This document shows positions 60,271 through 64,000 of a stretch of DNA of 64,000 nt, one piece after another. Origin of the DNA: Candidatus Kaelpia imicola (GTDB taxonomy: Bacteria > Omnitrophota > Gorgyraeia > Kaelpiales > Kaelpiaceae); the NCBI GenBank assembly GCA_030765505.1, contig JAVCCL010000032.1, positions 34,807 to 98,806 on the forward strand. Reading direction: 5' to 3'. A program made the position numbers and the translations under genes. Under the pieces are notes generated by a model. That model did no database searches. It was not told the DNA's origin and saw nothing but the letters and a program-made list of their open reading frames with translations. Every line of letters begins with the position of its first letter. Positions within the stretch are counted from its first letter, which is position 1.

Positions 60271-61682
60271 CCTGTGCAAAAATTTACTCATTCTCTATAA
60301 TAATGTCTAATAATCCCACCCAGCCTTGATTCACATTTAACCCTGCCGTCTAAATTCTTTGACCTATATCTTATTGGCATATTATTCAGTGCCGAATGCG
60401 GCCTTACGGTATTGTAATATTTAACGTACTCCTTAACCAAATACCTAAAATGCCTCTCTCCAAACACAAAGAAATAATCCAAACATTCTCTCTTTATCGT
60501 TCCCACCCACCCTTCTGCATAAGGGTTTAAATTAGGTGATCTATAGGGAATCTTCTTTACCCTCACTCCGTATTCTTCGATTATCCTGTCAAATTCCTTG
60601 GAATATTTCCCGTCTCCGTCTCTTATCAGAAGCTTTCTGTCCGATTCCTTACCTGTTTCAAATAAAAAAGATACACTTCTTGCTCTGTTAGTTACCCATT
60701 CCCTGTTAGGATGTTTGGTAATTCCTGCAATATGAACTTTCCTTGTATGCACATTAATAAAGAATAACGCATGGAGGCTCTTTGGCCCCGCCATTGTCCA
60801 TACGGTCTTTGTAAAGAAGTCACAAGCCCAGAGGGTCTTAACGTGCCTTTTGATAAAATCATCCCAGGTATCCTCAGTTCTTTTGGGAGTCGGATCAAGC
60901 CCGTTCTCTTTTAAGATATTCTTTATGGTATTTCGTGATAGGCAGTATATCCTCAGCTTCTTAATCTCACCTAATATTCTTGTATAACCCCAGTTGTTCT
61001 CTTTGGCCAGCTTTCTGATCTCTTGTTTGGTTCTTGGCCTTCCTCTTTTGGGGCTTTGTTTTCCCTGAGGCTCTCTGCCTTTAACCCATCTTCTAAAACT
61101 GGAATAACTGACAATAGAAATCAATTTCTGTATATCACCTTTTAAAGGAAGGCCATATTTAATGAGCCTTCTCTTTTCAGTCGGGGTAATAATGATACGG
61201 CCTTTGATTTTCTTACGCAGGATCTGGTTTTCTACCTTAAGGTATTCTATCTGCCTGATCAACCGGCTATGCACTAAGTGCTCTAAAAGAAACAAAAACT
61301 TTTGAAAAAGCCTGCCGTTCGTGTTATAAAAGCACTTGCTTGACATGTTTACCTCCTTGAAATTGCACCGTTTTGGTTAAATGTCCACCCCATGAGGCTG
61401 GACATCTTGCAACTGTTTGAAAACAAAAGAGTTATTCAAATTGACTCTCCAAAATACCGGACAAAATTGGACAAATTTACCACCTTTTAGCCGTATTCTC
61501 TTAATTTTTGCCCCCTGGAACCATTAGCCTGTTAAATACAAGTTCGAGCCTCTTGCGGGGCGGTGATAATGCTACTAAAACAACCTCTCTGAATTGGCAT
61601 ATAATCCGATATATCTGGTTATATAGCGCATATCTATAAGCCCAGGAATCAGAGATATAATTATAACTAATATTTGCACGGG
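60271..61682 (-). mobile_element. Insertion sequence with integrase-core (DDE) transposase
   Basis: Imperfect terminal inverted repeats CCTGTGCAAAAATT vs CCCGTGCAAATATT (12/14). Confidence 0.65.
60288..61346 (-). CDS. Integrase core domain (rve) transposase
   Basis: WG..RI.GE, ACDFF, LIRD.D, SP..N..AE..VGTIKRECLD, YN..RPH. Confidence 0.92.
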   Translation of the reverse strand: MSSKCFYNTNGRLFQKFLFLLEHLVHSRLIRQIEYLKVENQILRKKIKGRIIITPTEKRRLIKYGLPLKGDIQKLISIVSYSSFRRWVKGREPQGKQSPKRGRPRTKQEIRKLAKENNWGYTRILGEIKKLRIYCLSRNTIKNILKENGLDPTPKRTEDTWDDFIKRHVKTLWACDFFTKTVWTMAGPKSLHALFFINVHTRKVHIAGITKHPNREWVTNRARSVSFLFETGKESDRKLLIRDGDGKYSKEFDRIIEEYGVRVKKIPYRSPNLNPYAEGWVGTIKRECLDYFFVFGERHFRYLVKEYVKYYNTVRPHSALNNMPIRYRSKNLDGRVKCESRLGGIIRHYYRE

Positions 61683-61826
61683 GAGCCAGTTACTTATCGT
61701 AGCCGGGGATTTTTTATAGGGAAAATGTTTTTCTCGCAGTAGAAATACAGAGTTCGGATTTTTACCCGAATTGACCCCCCTTATTCAGATATCCGAACTT
61801 TTTTGTTTCTTGACTTTTTGGTTTGG

Positions 61827-61852
61827 AAATGGTTATATTTATATAACCATTT
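61827..61852. promoter_or_regulatory. ArsR/SmtB-type operator (12-2-12 palindrome) overlapping the promoter
   Basis: AAATGGTTATAT-TT-ATATAACCATTT perfect inverted repeat; TTGACT at 61810-61815. Confidence 0.75.
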
Positions 61853-61872
61853 AGTTATTTGGTTGTGAAAGG

Positions 61873-62223
61873 GTGTTTTTTATGAAAGATTTGGATGTTA
61901 TCTTTAAGGCGTTGGCTGATGTTAATAGGGTGAGGATTTTGAAACTTCTCGGCAGGCGCAGGATGTGTGTTTGTGAGCTTGCGTTTGTTTTGGGGGTTTC
62001 TCAGCCTGCTGTGTCGAAGCAGCTTAAGAAAATGGTAAAGGCTGGTTTGGTTGATTGTGAGCAGGACGGGTTTTGGACTAATTATTTCATTAGCCCAAAG
62101 AATCTTTACGCAAAGAAGCTGTTGACAATACTGAGTCAGTGGTTAAATGATGAAAAAATGATAATTGATGATTTGAAGAAAACAGAGAAAGCTAATAGAG
62201 AAAAGCTCTGCTGCAAGAAGTAA
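61873..62223 (+). CDS. ArsR/SmtB family metalloregulator
   Basis: FKALAD..R..I, MCVCEL, SQP.VS, C-terminal CC. Confidence 0.92.
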   Translation: MFFMKDLDVIFKALADVNRVRILKLLGRRRMCVCELAFVLGVSQPAVSKQLKKMVKAGLVDCEQDGFWTNYFISPKNLYAKKLLTILSQWLNDEKMIIDDLKKTEKANREKLCCKK

Positions 62224-62260
62224 ATATTTTTTTGCAAAAATTATATAACCAAATGGAAAT

Positions 62261-63445
62261 ATGGAGACAAGGATGAAGGAAAGAGATAGGTTTTTGTTGA
62301 TGTTTGCAGCTTTTTTGGGATGTTTTTATCTGCCTGTGGAGCTTCTGCCTTTCAGAAATCCTGTCTTTGAATCTCTTGCATTGGTTCGGTGGTATGCACG
62401 TGAGCATGTTTTGCTTTGTCTTGTTCCTGCCTTCTTTATTGCGGGTGCTATCTCGGTTTTTGTAAGTCAGGCATCAGTGATTAAGTATTTTGGCGCAGAA
62501 GCCAAAAAGGTATTAGCTTATAGCGTTGCTTCTGTTTCGGGGACTATTCTTGCTGTTTGTTCCTGCACGGTTCTTCCGTTGTTTTCCGGTATTTATAAGA
62601 AAGGGGCTGGTTTGGGGCCTGCTGTTGCTTTTCTTTATTCTGGGCCAGCTATTAATGTTTTGGCCATAATAATGACTGCTCGAATTCTCGGTTGGCAGTT
62701 AGGCGTAGCCAGAGCCATAGGAGCTATTGTATTTAGTGTGGTTGTTGGGCTTTTGATGCATCTCATATTTCTTAAGGAAGAGCGTGCGAGACAGGTTAGC
62801 GGAAAGTTTCAGTTTGGTAAAGAAAAGGAAGCACGGCCTCTTTGGAAGAACGGGATGTATTTTTTCTCTATGGTCGCAGTCCTTGTTTTCGCTAATTGGG
62901 GAAAGCCTCAGACTGGTGATGCTGGCTGGTGGGCTGTTGTTTTTGGTTCGAAGTGGGTGATTACGCTTGTTTTTTTGTCTCTTTTGGGCTTTATGCTGTT
63001 TCGGTGGTTTAAGAAAAACGAGCTTAAAGAATGGACTGGTTCGTCATGGTCTTTTGCAAAGCAGATTATGCCTCTTCTCCTTGCCGGCGTTCTTGTAGCG
63101 GGTCTTCTTCTGGGAAGGCCGGGGTATGAGGGTTTGATCCCGTCTCGGCTTATTGAAATGCTTGTTGGCGGCAATTCGTTGTCTGCTAATTTTTTTGCTT
63201 CGATTGTCGGGGCGTTCATGTATTTTGCCACCTTGACTGAGGTTCCGATTTTGCAGGGACTTATAGGTGCAGGTATGGGGAAAGGGCCGGCATTAGCTCT
63301 TTTGCTTGCTGGGCCTGCTTTGAGTCTTCCTAACATGCTTGTTATCAGGGGTGTGATTGGCACAAAGAAGACGGTTGTTTACGTAAGCTTGGTCGTTGTC
63401 ATGGCAACAATAAGCGGAATTATTTTTGGAATTATTGCAGGATAA
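62261..63445 (+). CDS. ArsP/DUF318-type permease
   Basis: EH..LCL.PAFFIAG, AVCSCTVLP, YFATLTEVPI, GP.LSLP. Confidence 0.88.
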   Translation: METRMKERDRFLLMFAAFLGCFYLPVELLPFRNPVFESLALVRWYAREHVLLCLVPAFFIAGAISVFVSQASVIKYFGAEAKKVLAYSVASVSGTILAVCSCTVLPLFSGIYKKGAGLGPAVAFLYSGPAINVLAIIMTARILGWQLGVARAIGAIVFSVVVGLLMHLIFLKEERARQVSGKFQFGKEKEARPLWKNGMYFFSMVAVLVFANWGKPQTGDAGWWAVVFGSKWVITLVFLSLLGFMLFRWFKKNELKEWTGSSWSFAKQIMPLLLAGVLVAGLLLGRPGYEGLIPSRLIEMLVGGNSLSANFFASIVGAFMYFATLTEVPILQGLIGAGMGKGPALALLLAGPALSLPNMLVIRGVIGTKKTVVYVSLVVVMATISGIIFGIIAG

Positions 63446-63463
63446 AAATAGGAGGAAATAAAG

Positions 63464-63694
63464 ATGAAGATTGAGATTTTAGGCATGGGTTGTCCAAAAT
63501 GCAAACAGCTCTTTGATAATGCCGAGAAAGCTTTAAATGAATTGGGCATTGAGGCGGAATTGGTCAAGGTTGAGGATATGGATAAAATAACGGAGTATGG
63601 CGTTATGACTACGCCTGCTTTGGTTGTTGATGGAAAAGTTAAGGTTGCTGGCAAGGTGCCTTCGAGCGATGAGATTAAGGGGCTGCTTTCATAA
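63464..63694 (+). CDS. Small redox-active disulfide protein (thioredoxin-like)
   Basis: I.ILG.GCPKC, YGVMTTPAL. Confidence 0.9.
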   Translation: MKIEILGMGCPKCKQLFDNAEKALNELGIEAELVKVEDMDKITEYGVMTTPALVVDGKVKVAGKVPSSDEIKGLLS

Positions 63695-63709
63695 AAAGAG
63701 GTAATTGAA

Positions 63710-64000
63710 ATGTCTGAAAAATGTGGTTGTGAAACAAACAAGGTTTTGGTGTTTCCCTGCTCGGGGGGTGCTGATGTGGGTGCCCTTTCTGATGCTGTTG
63801 CAAGAAAGTTGTCAAAGGACGGAAAAGCAAAGATGTTCTGTCTTGCAGGGATTGGCGCTCACGTTGACGGAATGATTGAATCTGCCAAATCAGCAGATAA
63901 GATAATCTCTATTGACGGCTGTCCAGCGATGTGTGCAAGAAGGCTTCTTGAGCATGCAGGATTTGTCCCTGAGCCTTATGTCCTTAAGCAGTTCGGTTTT
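63710..64000 (+). CDS. DGC-domain putative zinc-binding protein (partial, runs off the window)
   Basis: Manual translation: FPCSGGADVG, MFCLAGIG, IDGCPAMCA. Confidence 0.85.
   Translation, partial: MSEKCGCETNKVLVFPCSGGADVGALSDAVARKLSKDGKAKMFCLAGIGAHVDGMIESAKSADKIISIDGCPAMCARRLLEHAGFVPEPYVLKQFGF

Noticed and set aside
61510-61561. tRNA-like sequence (GCCCC..CTGTTAA..GTTCGAG..GGGGC)
   Set aside because: Only about 52 nt, the D and anticodon stems do not pair, and it lies within the IS leader.
393-63741. Numerous short antisense or nested ORFs in the six-frame track
   Set aside because: They overlap well-supported longer genes and show no motifs; treated as shadow ORFs.

Overview
Low-GC bacterial chromosomal window. 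The gene content (BamD-like protein with a WIWTP start, lptE, lnt, giant acidic exported proteins) points to a diderm, possibly Omnitrophota/PVC; this taxonomy is inference. Housekeeping blocks are rdgB end, rpoN, nucleotide-sugar genes, CCA enzyme, feoAB, bamD-lptE-holA, carB, rpsT, murJ-uvrC-prfB-secA-lnt and an ArsR operon. Three unusual things are interleaved with them. (1) A six-gene block at 457-19296 in which every protein has an N-terminal export signal. It includes a 2400-aa protein made of a signal peptide, an acidic domain, a hydrophobic segment and a complete divergent SecA ATPase, plus an S8 protease and a C39-like/TraB-like protein. (2) Unrelated proteins with normally cytoplasmic domains (HTH repeats, GNAT, transglutaminase-TPR, GatZ-kinase) that all carry a signal peptide ending in (S/A)FA-RR; a cupin and two orphans carry a weaker RR variant. 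(3) Integrase-free tandem cassettes at tRNA-Ser(GGA), each with the same promoter and leader, with homology ending exactly after the RR codons, plus a second similar array after lnt. Hypothesis (inference): a dedicated protein-delivery system with a swappable, RR-tagged cargo repertoire. No CRISPR array or rRNA was seen.
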